From the IMG/VR virus record IMGVR_UViG_3300020046_003652, positions 1 to 64,000 of that record: a stretch of 64,000 bases of DNA; one strand, 5' to 3'. Source of the stretch: a virus (taxonomy: Duplodnaviria; Caudoviricetes). Positions 48,992 through 58,942 of this stretch are shown here, piece after piece. The notes under the pieces are model-generated. The model was not told the DNA's origin. It saw only the letters and a list, made by a program, of their open reading frames with translations, and searched no databases. The translations under genes were made by a program, and so were the position numbers. Each line of letters starts with the position of its first letter. Position 1 is the stretch's first letter.

Positions 48992-49318
48992 TTACTCTTT
49001 TTTAAATCTATTATCTAGATTAGGATGATTATAATAAGTATCTATTGCCATTGCTAAATTAGCCATTGCGTTGCCTAAGTGTAACGATTTACTCTCATCG
49101 TCAATATCTTCACCATCTAAGAATTGGTAAATATGTCTTAGCGCAGCACTGACTGTTCTAGTTATTTCAATACCATTTTTATAATTCCATGATTGATACT
49201 TAGATGCACCAAACGTTAACGCTTTACCCATTTCATACATTGCTTCTTTTGGGACAAAAGCAAGTACTGGTTTTTCTGAATCATTTTTTAAACCTATTTT
49301 AAGTTTCTTGTCTTGCAT
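48992..49318 (-). CDS. dATP/dGTP diphosphohydrolase domain protein (DUF5664-like)
   Basis: KNDSEKP.LAFVP...GASKY..WNY..G...ALRH...HL..AMAN. Confidence 0.88.
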   Translation of the reverse strand: MQDKKLKIGLKNDSEKPVLAFVPKEAMYEMGKALTFGASKYQSWNYKNGIEITRTVSAALRHIYQFLDGEDIDDESKSLHLGNAMANLAMAIDTYYNHPNLDNRFKKE

Positions 49319-49469
49319 TTTCTTGTTGCTCCTGGTTAACTTCTTTAATCATAACAGGATTTCTTAGAATTGTCACTAACTTTTCTGCTTCAATCATAGG
49401 TTTAGTCATAAGATATCGATATAGTTCATTAATTTGTTCTTCTGAATATGTTCTTTCGTATTTTTTCAT
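49299..49469 (-). CDS. Small helical hypothetical protein (56 aa)
   Basis: Hand translation MKKYERTYSEEQINELYRYL...; GGAG RBS. Confidence 0.65.
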   Translation of the reverse strand: MKKYERTYSEEQINELYRYLMTKPMIEAEKLVTILRNPVMIKEVNQEQQENARQET

Positions 49470-49726
49470 TTTGTCTCCTTAATTATCATTAATTTACTGT
49501 TACATATATAAGAATCAGCTATCGTTTCTTCGAATCTAATTTTATAAGTTAAACGACAATCTGAGTAAGATTTTCCTTCTTCATAAACTATCCCAATAAA
49601 TCCCTCATAAAACCCATCTGTAACAATAACTCTATCATTATATTTAAATTTAGTTTCAACTGCTCTATTTGTATAGTCCCTAGTATTGCAGCCAATTAAC
49701 AATAAACACAAAAATATGTTTTTCAT
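49466..49726 (-). CDS. Putative lipoprotein with KOW/SH3-like domain
   Basis: LLLIG-C lipobox-like signal; KFKYNDRVIVTDGFYEGFIG. Confidence 0.55.
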   Translation of the reverse strand: MKNIFLCLLLIGCNTRDYTNRAVETKFKYNDRVIVTDGFYEGFIGIVYEEGKSYSDCRLTYKIRFEETIADSYICNSKLMIIKETK

Positions 49727-50017
49727 ATTACTTTCTCCCATCCAGTTACAGCATATGCTGCCGTATAAGAATATCTTCCAGATGTATCAATAAAATTAGT
49801 TAAGGTTAAAGCTAAGTACGCATTTTTTCTACTATGAAATTTAAACAATCCTATTTTAATCATATTAAAACGTTATTTTATGTAAATTATCAATCATATA
49901 ATTTCCTATGTAACTATACATTCCTTGATTATGTATAAAATGTCTAGGTTTAATAAATAAAAAATATATATTATTATTTGTTTCTACATTAGTTTTTCTA
50001 ATACTTATTTTTGCCAT
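49723..50017 (-). other. Micro-ORF pair: 49865-50017, 49723-49863
   Basis: Hand translation, 50 and 46 aa. Confidence 0.7.
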
Positions 50018-51300
50018 ATGAGACTATTATTGTATATTGGAATAATTTTGTCAAGTTCTTTTTTATCATCTACATCATTTAACTTAACAATTCTAGCATC
50101 TCCAAAAATATGATTTTTTGTACTTTCGAATATTACTTGACCTATTTGGTTATTGTTAATAGCCAAAGATTTAGCATATATATCAATTCCTGATAAACTT
50201 GGAGCGATAAACACCTTAGTACCGTCGAATGTAGTAAATTGAGCTTCGCAATGGGTGTGCCCAAAAAGGCACAGTTTAAATGGAGGTTTATTTATTGTAA
50301 TTTCTCCATAATTGAATTTGTTAATCGCTGCTCCTAAGCTATCTGTATTTAATGATTTACCTGGATTACCTAGTTGCTTAGAAAACATAGTGTCACCATG
50401 AGTTACTAGACATCTTCCTGCTGGTAAATTTATCTCAGCAAACATTGCTTCTGGAATATTAAAGTCAATTCGTTTTTCATTTCTAAAAGCAGCACTTAAT
50501 GCAAAAAATACTGGAGCTAAATTAGAATCAAATTTATGGGATGTTACACGATTACCATGTTCTCTACGATGCATACCATCATCGTGATTGCCGGATAAAC
50601 AACTAACTGTTATATTTTTATAGAACTGAGAACAATAACTAATAAAATGTGTTAATATATGTATTGCTCCGTTTTGTTGATAAGACAATAGTTCCATAGT
50701 GCGAGCAGTTAGATCGTGTATAGTTCCTTGAAGTAAATCACCATTTAACACAATATGTAATCTTTCAACATCTGCTCTTTTCTCTATTTTATAGTCAGCA
50801 ACTTGTTGTGCTAAATAAGCAGTTCTTCGACATGCTTCTTTCCAACCATAAGAATTAACTCCACCGACTTCTTTAGTTGGAACGATAAGACCATAGTGAG
50901 TATCATTTAACATCACCACTACTTCTCGTTTAATACCTGTTTTTTTATTATATTTTAATGGCTGAGCTTTAGGTAATTTAACAGGAACTACTAAATTATC
51001 TATAGCATTTTTTAATTCATCTCTAAAGTTTAAAGTTTTACCCAAAGATGTCTCTAACTTAGAAATATAATTAGCTTCGTTCTTTGTCTTTTGAATACCT
51101 GCTAAATCTTTATCACCTAAAGGAAAATAAGCTCTTTTAATTGCAGTAAGACCTGCACTACGTTTCAACGCATAATCAGTAATACCAAAATCTAACACTT
51201 CAGCTTTAGTAACATCAAACGGATGCTTATCTTGCTCTTTTGCTACTTTTTTTATTGCTGCTATTACTTTTTCGTTGAAATCGTTTTTTGGTTTGTTCAT
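50005..51300 (-). CDS. Calcineurin-like metallophosphoesterase
   Basis: NDTH, NGDLL, GNHD, THGD, FGHTH; likely start MNKPK. Confidence 0.88.
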   Translation of the reverse strand: MNKPKNDFNEKVIAAIKKVAKEQDKHPFDVTKAEVLDFGITDYALKRSAGLTAIKRAYFPLGDKDLAGIQKTKNEANYISKLETSLGKTLNFRDELKNAIDNLVVPVKLPKAQPLKYNKKTGIKREVVVMLNDTHYGLIVPTKEVGGVNSYGWKEACRRTAYLAQQVADYKIEKRADVERLHIVLNGDLLQGTIHDLTARTMELLSYQQNGAIHILTHFISYCSQFYKNITVSCLSGNHDDGMHRREHGNRVTSHKFDSNLAPVFFALSAAFRNEKRIDFNIPEAMFAEINLPAGRCLVTHGDTMFSKQLGNPGKSLNTDSLGAAINKFNYGEITINKPPFKLCLFGHTHCEAQFTTFDGTKVFIAPSLSGIDIYAKSLAINNNQIGQVIFESTKNHIFGDARIVKLNDVDDKKELDKIIPIYNNSLIWQK

Positions 51301-51805
51301 TCTTAAATTCCTTTTTCTTTTCGTTGTAGATTTTAACAGATGGAAATTCTCCTGTTTCAAAATAATATCTATACGCAAAAATATCTAACTTTTTACTTAA
51401 TAATATTACATCAGGATTAATCTTAATGTCAACTAATTTTACAATTTGATCCCAAAAATGTGTAGCATGGTGTTCATCTTCATAAATCAACTTACGATAC
51501 TTTACATCTATTACTTCACCTTTTTTACGTTTCTCTTCCATATGTAAAGCTGTAAATAAATCAGTATTAGTTGTCTTTCCTCTATGTACCCAATGTACAG
51601 CATGTCCCAGTTCATGTAATAGATTAAGTAATAATTGAGTTTTAGATAATCCTGGTCTAGTATATACAGTAATACCAGACCCGTCAGTGTAAAACTCTGC
51701 AATAGTAGGGTTTACCTTGTCTTTCTTACGATAAACTACTTTAACGCCTAAACTATTGGCATACGCCTCTAACCGTTTAAGCTCTTGATCTCGTATGTTA
51801 GACAT
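51227..51805 (-). CDS. HExxH zinc metallopeptidase-like protein
   Basis: LLHELGHAVH...E motif. Confidence 0.7.
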   Translation of the reverse strand: MSNIRDQELKRLEAYANSLGVKVVYRKKDKVNPTIAEFYTDGSGITVYTRPGLSKTQLLLNLLHELGHAVHWVHRGKTTNTDLFTALHMEEKRKKGEVIDVKYRKLIYEDEHHATHFWDQIVKLVDIKINPDVILLSKKLDIFAYRYYFETGEFPSVKIYNEKKKEFKNEQTKKRFQRKSNSSNKKSSKRAR

Positions 51806-51811
51806 AAACTC

Positions 51812-51964
51812 CTACAATGGGACAATATTTACATATTCTTCTACATCTTCTTCAAAAACAACATGTTCACCATCAAAATATATTGTAAAATACCTACTTA
51901 GAGTCCAGTATGCTAACTCTGGACCATATACAGATACATCACAAATTGCTATATTTAAATTCAT
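51812..51964 (-). CDS. Micro-ORF (50 aa)
   Basis: MNLNIAICDVSVYGPELAYW...VPL. Confidence 0.65.
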   Translation of the reverse strand: MNLNIAICDVSVYGPELAYWTLSRYFTIYFDGEHVVFEEDVEEYVNIVPL

Positions 51965-52368
51965 TAGCTGTTAATTAGGCTATCTGCTTTTTCGTTAAAA
52001 TTCGCGTCGTGTATGACTTTCTTAATTTCAGATTCTTCAAGAAGTCTACGACCATTAATCCAATACTCAGCATGTTTAATATCTAATTCACCAGTTGCAT
52101 GTTTTTTATATGCAGCACCGTAAGCAACTCCCTTAGTATTATGAAAGTATTTACCTACTTCTTTTTCTTTAGCTAAATCCATAACAAATTGCTCTAGCTC
52201 AACAACAGCGTCAATAGAATCTAATGATCCTTTAAGTTTATCTGTTAGGAATTCTTTCTTGATATTAGCAAAAACGATTAGATCATAATCTTCACGTTTC
52301 TCAGAAAGCCATTCTTTGTAAACGATTTCACCTTTATCTACTGCTTCTAAATATACTTTTTTTGACAT
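51964..52368 (-). CDS. Hypothetical protein
   Basis: ORF track; GGAG RBS; own promoter. Confidence 0.8.
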   Translation of the reverse strand: MSKKVYLEAVDKGEIVYKEWLSEKREDYDLIVFANIKKEFLTDKLKGSLDSIDAVVELEQFVMDLAKEKEVGKYFHNTKGVAYGAAYKKHATGELDIKHAEYWINGRRLLEESEIKKVIHDANFNEKADSLINS

Positions 52369-52387
52369 ATGTTTCTCCTTCTTTGTT

Positions 52388-52416
52388 AGTTTAATATAAT
52401 TTCATCTTAAAGTCAA
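52388..52416 (-). promoter_or_regulatory. sigma70-type promoter
   Basis: TTGACT-17bp-TAAACT. Confidence 0.65.
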
Positions 52417-52977
52417 ATTAATTTTGTAAATTTATCATTTTTAGGTATAGATCCAATTATCACTTCACCTTTTGTTATATTATCATAATCAATATAGATA
52501 ATATCATAATATTCTCCAAACGGATCATCTAACGTATATAATAACATACGAACAGAGATATACGGACTATCGTTTATTCTTAATTTCATAATAATTTTAC
52601 ATAATCTCCATTATTCGGAGTAGCTCCTGAAACTACTTTCCCTACATCTTCATTTTCGTAATACGATTGATCAAAATCAATATACCAACTATTATAATAA
52701 GTATCAAATAACGGATGATCTTTTAAGTAATATAATACCCAAGTATGTGCGTACTCCCAACTTATTCCTAATTTCATAATAAAACCGATGCAGCAAATCC
52801 TGATTTCATTCCATGTACTTTAGTAATTCCATTGCTATTCATAGACGCAAAGTTTAACCATTGATCTGATATATCACCTAAATAATATACCAGTATTGTT
52901 TTATATATAACTCTTTCGTTTTTGGTATCTTCTTCTAAGATATAGTCCACTACTTTACTTGTATATAAATATCTCAT
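52413..52977 (-). other. Micro-ORF chain: 52774-52977, 52586-52777, 52413-52589
   Basis: TTATGA junctions, 58-67 aa. Confidence 0.85.
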
Positions 52978-53253
52978 TTATTTTTCCTATTCAATAAACC
53001 TGTTATAGATAAAAAACTATTGTATAATATTATCCCTATAGATAAACCAACAATAGTTAGCATTCCTATCATTGCTAATATTAGTAAAAATATGTTTAAA
53101 GCCATAAGAGTATCTAACATTATTTTATTCCTTACCTATTAAATATGATCCAGTTACCATAGAAGCAAGACCTAATATTATGATTAATAAAAATAAAGAC
53201 CCTGTACCTCCATTAATCGCATCTATTATTAATAATATAAACATAATACTCAT
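52974..53253 (-). other. Two small hydrophobic membrane peptides: 53125-53253, 52974-53120
   Basis: Hand translation, 42 and 48 aa, almost entirely I/L/G/F. Confidence 0.6.
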
Positions 53254-53291
53254 AGGTAAATGGAACAGAAACCTTCCTAGTAGCTTTTTCA

Positions 53292-54611
53292 TTATTTCAA
53301 TCCCTTCATACTAATAGTCTTAACATTAGGATGATTCTTTAAAGGATGGTCCATTGTACCGTTCTCGGATATAACAATAACCATTTGTGTTTCAGGATCA
53401 ACATTAGTTCCATAATATCCATCAGTTAAAATAATAGTAAGATCTGGTTTAGCTTTATTAACTTTCTCAACAGTATCAGTCATATCCGTTCCACCAGATT
53501 CAATCTCTTCTTCTTTAATCTTATTACCTAATTTATATTTCTTAAGCTTATACAAAGAAGTGTGCCAGAAACCTAACATACATTTTCTACTACCTGCTTT
53601 AAGAAACCCGTCTACAACAGCTAAGAATTCGTTTAGTTCTTTAACTGAAATAGATCCAGATGTATCTGCTAATTCCCACAATTCAGGCAATTTAGCTAAT
53701 GTTGTACCTTTAGCAACTACACCATATCGTTTATTTGGTCTTTTCCATGTAGCAGCTCTGTCAGTAAAGCTAACAGACTTTTTAATAGCAGATTGTAGTA
53801 TCTGTCTATAGTTCATCTTATTTAAGAAAGTATTCATTTCTTCGATAAGATCTTTAATAGCATCTGGTAAATCTGATTTATCGTAACTAGTTTTTTCCAT
53901 AGTACGTTTAATCATCTTTTTCATTTCTTCAGCCATTTGCTTCTTCTCATCATCAGAAAGACTATCCCACATATGTTGATCTAGAGTTTCTCCTTCTCCA
54001 TATGCTTCTCCTCCTTCTCCAATTCCATCTTCTTTCATCTTTTCTCCAGCTTTTTTCAAAGCATTTGGATTATCTTTAAGTAATTCCAAATATACTTCTG
54101 CTGTTGCAAACTTAGGAAAAGGTTGACCGTCATCTGTTTCAAAATACTTAACATCTACACATCCTTCTGGAAGTGAGCGAATATACTGATTAATCGCCAT
54201 ATCTGCAGCTAGATTTGCTTTTTTAGCTTCATCTTTATTTGCTTCTGTTCTCTCCATTCCAAATCTAAATACGTGAGCATTAGTGAAATGTAACACTTCG
54301 TGGTGAAGAACACCAATACGATGATCTAACGACATTTTAGCAAAGAATTGAGGATTGATTAATATTTCAAATGATTGTCTCTTTTTATCATAACATAAAG
54401 CAGCTGTAGGTAATTGATATGATGGCTTAAAATTCATTTCTTGTAATAATCCACCAATGAATGGATTTTCGTTAGTAAAATAATATAAAGATTGTTGTAG
54501 TTCTTTTGAGAATTGTTTATATTCTTCTACTCTATCTACCTTAACTTCTTCAAGCATTTTATTAAGTTCAGGTATCTCTGTAATTTCTTTTTTAGTTTTT
54601 TCTTCTGACAT
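53292..54611 (-). CDS. Metallopeptidase-vWA protein (DUF2201-like)
   Basis: HHEVLH, N.AAD.AINQ, ADTSGSI (MIDAS), SGGTD, IILTDG. Confidence 0.88.
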   Translation of the reverse strand: MSEEKTKKEITEIPELNKMLEEVKVDRVEEYKQFSKELQQSLYYFTNENPFIGGLLQEMNFKPSYQLPTAALCYDKKRQSFEILINPQFFAKMSLDHRIGVLHHEVLHFTNAHVFRFGMERTEANKDEAKKANLAADMAINQYIRSLPEGCVDVKYFETDDGQPFPKFATAEVYLELLKDNPNALKKAGEKMKEDGIGEGGEAYGEGETLDQHMWDSLSDDEKKQMAEEMKKMIKRTMEKTSYDKSDLPDAIKDLIEEMNTFLNKMNYRQILQSAIKKSVSFTDRAATWKRPNKRYGVVAKGTTLAKLPELWELADTSGSISVKELNEFLAVVDGFLKAGSRKCMLGFWHTSLYKLKKYKLGNKIKEEEIESGGTDMTDTVEKVNKAKPDLTIILTDGYYGTNVDPETQMVIVISENGTMDHPLKNHPNVKTISMKGLK

Positions 54612-54635
54612 TGTAAGTACCCCTTTTATATTATT

Positions 54636-54664
54636 ATTATCTTATACTTTATAGAAAAAGTCAA
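54636..54664 (-). promoter_or_regulatory. sigma70-type promoter
   Basis: TTGACT-17bp-GATAAT. Confidence 0.6.
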
Positions 54665-54674
54665 TATATTATTT

Positions 54675-55193
54675 CTATCTCCTAATTAAAAAATATCCAT
54701 CAGTTTGCATAATGCCTTCGAATTTATCATCTGGATTCCAGAAATATTTATCTTTTACTATCCAATTAAAACTAATATATGATTTGGGCCAAATAGAATT
54801 ACTAACTATCTTTACTGTCATATAACCTCCATTAGAATATAATTTTAAATTCGCTTAATTTTCTTATCCCATTGGCAAATAGGACGTTATTATCGTATGA
54901 ATATACGGCATACGCAGCCCCATCTTTATAAAAACTTAAAGGAAGATTTCTTTTTTTATAGTGATCCCAATAATGTCCAATTTTCATAGTGGTGTTGTTT
55001 CTTCTATTATATTTTCTCGTACAAACCCTGTTATACCTCTACTGTAATAAGTAAATGAATCATCTTCATTTTGTTCTTCTATTAATTTAATAGATATAGT
55101 ATTAAACATCGAGTAATTAATATTAAAAAATAATTCAGGTATAATATAATCGCTTATTTCATCTCTACTTATATTTACTATATCTAGTTTCAT
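54675..55193 (-). other. Micro-ORF chain: 54984-55193, 54832-54987, 54675-54821
   Basis: Hand translation; MKIGHYWDHYKKRNLPLSFYK...; GGAGG RBS before 54821. Confidence 0.8.
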
Positions 55194-55205
55194 ATAATCT
55201 CCAAG

Positions 55206-55246
55206 AAAAAAGACCTCCGGCAAGAGGGGACTGCCTACCAGAGGTC
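55206..55246 (-). terminator. Rho-independent terminator after the AAA gene
   Basis: GACCTCTGG...CCGGAGGTC followed by TTTTTT on the minus strand. Confidence 0.75.
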
Positions 55247-55257
55247 ACGGAAAAGAT

Positions 55258-56316
55258 TTATTGAGCTTTCTTTAATACTGCTTTGAAATACTTAAGTAAA
55301 TCAGGATATTGTGTAGTTAGTGCATTTAAAATATCTTTTGAATTTCTTTTGTATTCCATTTCTTTAATTAAAGACATTGCTTGTTCAGGTCCAATTGCCA
55401 AACAGATTTCATATAACATTTCATCTGTTACTGATTTCTCATTCTCTAGTAATGATCTACAAGTAATTGAAACGTGACCAGTTTTATAGTTCTTAGGATC
55501 ACAGAAGTCTCTTAATCGTTTCATTGACTTCTTTAATGACTTTTCAATTTCTTCAAACGTTACAGGTTGTTCATTATGTTTGAACTGATAAAATGCTTTA
55601 CCTGTTAATTCTCCTAAGATTGCATTATAAATCTCTAGTTCTAAAGATTCAGGAACAGCAGATTTAATTGCATTATCTAATTTAGAGAATGTTCTAGGAG
55701 ATAAGTACTTACTTCCTGCGACATTAGAAATCTCTTCTGGTCTAGAATACTGCCAAGTACCTGATTGTACGAATAATTGAATAACTGGATTATAGTTAAC
55801 TTTTTCCATATACTCAACATGTACTTTTTTGCTATATTCTAGTTCAAAAAACTCCAATCGATCTTTAAGAGCAGTATCCATTGAATTTACATCATTATGC
55901 TCATTCTCTGGATTAATTGCTGTTACAATAATCCAGCCATCAGGTAATTGGTAATCTTTGACTTTACGGTCAGTCAGTAATTGCATAAAACAGTTCATAA
56001 CTGAAGTAGTTCCACGATTAATCTCATCGATAAACATTACTCCATTGCCTTCTGTAGGCCAAAAATCAGGTAGAGCGTGTTCTGTTCGTTGTCTACCATT
56101 AGTGTTTACGATTGTAGGAAATCCAATTAGATCAGGCGCTTCTAATAAAGCCGTTCTGATGTCAATTACTGGATACCCTTGACTTCTAGCCCATTGCTGA
56201 ACTATCTCTGATTTGCCAAGCCCTGGAGCACTTACAAAGCAAGGTGTAAATGTTTTACCTTGTTCGCGTGCTCTCTTAGCCATATTTAAAATTTCTGGAA
56301 TGTGACTTACATTCAT
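55258..56316 (-). CDS. MoxR-type AAA+ ATPase
   Basis: SAPGLGKS, DLIGFP, MFIDEINR, TAINP, ALKDR, SPRT. Confidence 0.9.
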   Translation of the reverse strand: MNVSHIPEILNMAKRAREQGKTFTPCFVSAPGLGKSEIVQQWARSQGYPVIDIRTALLEAPDLIGFPTIVNTNGRQRTEHALPDFWPTEGNGVMFIDEINRGTTSVMNCFMQLLTDRKVKDYQLPDGWIIVTAINPENEHNDVNSMDTALKDRLEFFELEYSKKVHVEYMEKVNYNPVIQLFVQSGTWQYSRPEEISNVAGSKYLSPRTFSKLDNAIKSAVPESLELEIYNAILGELTGKAFYQFKHNEQPVTFEEIEKSLKKSMKRLRDFCDPKNYKTGHVSITCRSLLENEKSVTDEMLYEICLAIGPEQAMSLIKEMEYKRNSKDILNALTTQYPDLLKYFKAVLKKAQ

Positions 56317-56369
56317 GTTTTGCCCCTTTGTTATTTTAGTTAAGAACCACTCTTAACTCTTATATAATT

Positions 56370-56398
56370 AGTGTATAATAGTTTCTATAATAAGTCAA
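56370..56398 (-). promoter_or_regulatory. sigma70-type promoter
   Basis: TTGACT-17bp-TACACT. Confidence 0.75.
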
Positions 56399-56406
56399 TA
56401 CTTATT

Positions 56407-58242
56407 TTATAATATTTTATCTAATTTTGCTTGTTCCATGTCTTTATATTTAAACATATTGAATAATCCAATATAACCTATTCTATAAATAATGGTATCA
56501 TCTATGAATTCAAGTAGTTTAGGATATTCTTTGTCATTACAGTTTAATATATGTAATTTCATAAATATATTGTTCCTAACATAGGAGTAAGACCATCTAC
56601 TTGAAAATAAGGAAGACTCCCTTGACCTAATCGAACTGATCCATAGTATGTAGTATAGAATAGATGATTTGTTTGTCTAACGCTATCTATAAATAATTTC
56701 ATAATTGTTTAAATAATCCTTGAAATTCTAGAATATAATCTGTTGTAAATTCAAATTCGCCTGTTACTTTATTTACATTAGCTAACAGTGGACTGAAACG
56801 TATAAACATTTGATTACTTAATAGTCCTATATAAATCATAATAGACCTTCATTATAAAACATATTAGCAGCGTTCCAAGATTGACATAATTGTTGATTAA
56901 AATGAATAAATACAGGAGTTTGATACTCATCTAATAACATAAAATAGATATATTTAGGCATAATACTAAAATCAGAACTATAATAAGCTTCTGGTTTACT
57001 ATAAAGTTGCATATATCTCTTCCATAGATAAAACTAGTCCTATTGGTACTAAAGCTGCTCGTTTATGATATTCTGGATGCTGATTAAAATGTTCTATATA
57101 CCATGAACCATTAAATACTAAAAATAAATTCCCACACCATTGCGTTACTATTAAGCTCATAACCAATTCTTCTCTCTATATGCATCTATTTCATCACTAA
57201 CTACTTTAATTGTTTTTCTAAATCCAGTTGTAGTTTTGCGATCATATATCTCAGATGTTGCAATATAAAGTACATCTTCCCATCCACCTGTATAGTATTT
57301 ATTATGATAATAACTTAAAAATGATTTATATATTAATAATTTCATAAATAATACCACGGTACTATTATTTTTGTTGGTGTTATTCTACTAAATTCAAACC
57401 TAGTTGAGTCTATCCATCCAGAGCAGTTTGCCGTATTGCCTAAATTCAAGTACTTAATTTTACTATCATAGAAAGAAATAAATACGTATAGTTTCATAAT
57501 ATTTTATCCTTATCAAAATCCATAAAATCCAACACACTATGATGAAAATTTCCACGTATGTTTATTTTATAAATATATTCAAATCCTACTCCAAAATGTA
57601 ATTGGTTGAAACCAATAAATAATTTCATAATAATACCCTATTAGGGAAAGTCCAGCAACTTTGAACTAAAAGGCTTTCTCCTATGAATATTTGTCCAATG
57701 ACTAATAAATGAATTGGTTGTTTATGAAAATCATAATTAACTATACATAGTTTCATATAAGTATAGCCGTTCTGTCGTGATTCGACTCTGCTGTTGCACA
57801 AAATACTTTATGATTCTGTATTATATATACATGGAGTAATGTATTATCACTAGTTGGGAAATGAAAAGCTAATACTTTACCTTTGTTACTAAACCATGGA
57901 GCAATGTAAGAAGTTAATTGTATTTTCATAATTTAATATTACTCCAATCTGGATCATCTATAAATGCAGTTCCTATATGATTTGAAATATTTAAATAAAA
58001 CCAAATTCTAGGATCTTTATTATAATAAACAGCAAAACCTAAGTCATAATTTATACTCCAAGGAGACTTACTTAAATATAATACAACTTTTATAGCGTCC
58101 AAAACTTATACCCAGGATAAGATGAATGTACGTCAAAGCTAAAAGTAGAATCAGTATGGTAAAATCCACTATGTTGCTTCGAATTTATGAATATATCCAT
58201 AGTATTACCTTTAGTAGTTTGCATTATTATTATCGTAGTCAT
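56407..58242 (-). other. Chain of twelve micro-ORFs: 58090-58242, 57926-58102, 57753-57929, 57625-57756, 57494-57628, 57342-57497, 57157-57345, 56999-57160, 56836-57012, 56699-56839, 56559-56702, 56407-56562
   Basis: Hand translation, 43-62 aa; six start MKL; nine ATGA overlaps. Confidence 0.88.
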
Positions 58243-58249
58243 TGGTATA

Positions 58250-58942
58250 TTATAAACTAAGTAATAGTTCTTGTAAAGCTTTTTGATTCTTTTTTAATGA
58301 GTAATTTAAACACATTTTAACATCTATGATTGTTTCGAATCTTTTTACTGTTTTAAACAATTTTTCGTAAAATTTAACTTTATTATGATCTCCACTAAAT
58401 TCAGATGCCAGTCCTAACTCCCCAGATTCTTTGGGATATACATATACTTTATCACCTTCTTTATATTCTTTTCCGGCAACTGCTCTTAGTAATTTTTGCT
58501 CATTTTCTCGTACAGATGCATACGTTTTCTCAGAAAGAGTCATCTTTTTTGCCCAAGGCGTAATATCTTCTATCTTACTAATTTCTTTTATATAACTTGT
58601 ATATACAGCAGGAATTTCGTCTATTTTATTAAAAACAATAAGATCAATACACTCTTTCAAAAACTCTTTAAGTCTAGGTTCTAGTGTTGATGATTTTAAT
58701 GATGAACCTTTAAGCTTGATTTTTTTACCATCATACATTATATAATTCTTAGCTTTTAATATTATATAGCGTGGAAAATAACCATCATCCGTAAATTTAA
58801 TCTCAGAATGATACAAACTGTTAAGTTCTTCTAAAAGAGATTCTCTTTCATCTTCTGAAATAAAGGAACCATCTTGTTTACATATACTAATGGCATCTGT
58901 ATCTATATTACAGAGAGTAAAACTATGTTTCTTCTGTATCAT
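58250..58942 (-). CDS. Family-B DNA polymerase, C-terminal subunit
   Basis: CNIDTDAI catalytic motif, KAKNY, KLKGS; own GGAG RBS before ATG 58942. Confidence 0.88.
   Translation of the reverse strand: MIQKKHSFTLCNIDTDAISICKQDGSFISEDERESLLEELNSLYHSEIKFTDDGYFPRYIILKAKNYIMYDGKKIKLKGSSLKSSTLEPRLKEFLKECIDLIVFNKIDEIPAVYTSYIKEISKIEDITPWAKKMTLSEKTYASVRENEQKLLRAVAGKEYKEGDKVYVYPKESGELGLASEFSGDHNKVKFYEKLFKTVKRFETIIDVKMCLNYSLKKNQKALQELLLSL

Noticed and set aside
48992-49318. Z-genome (2-aminoadenine) pathway
   Set aside because: No PurZ/adenylosuccinate-synthetase-like gene is in the window; the diphosphohydrolase alone is insufficient.
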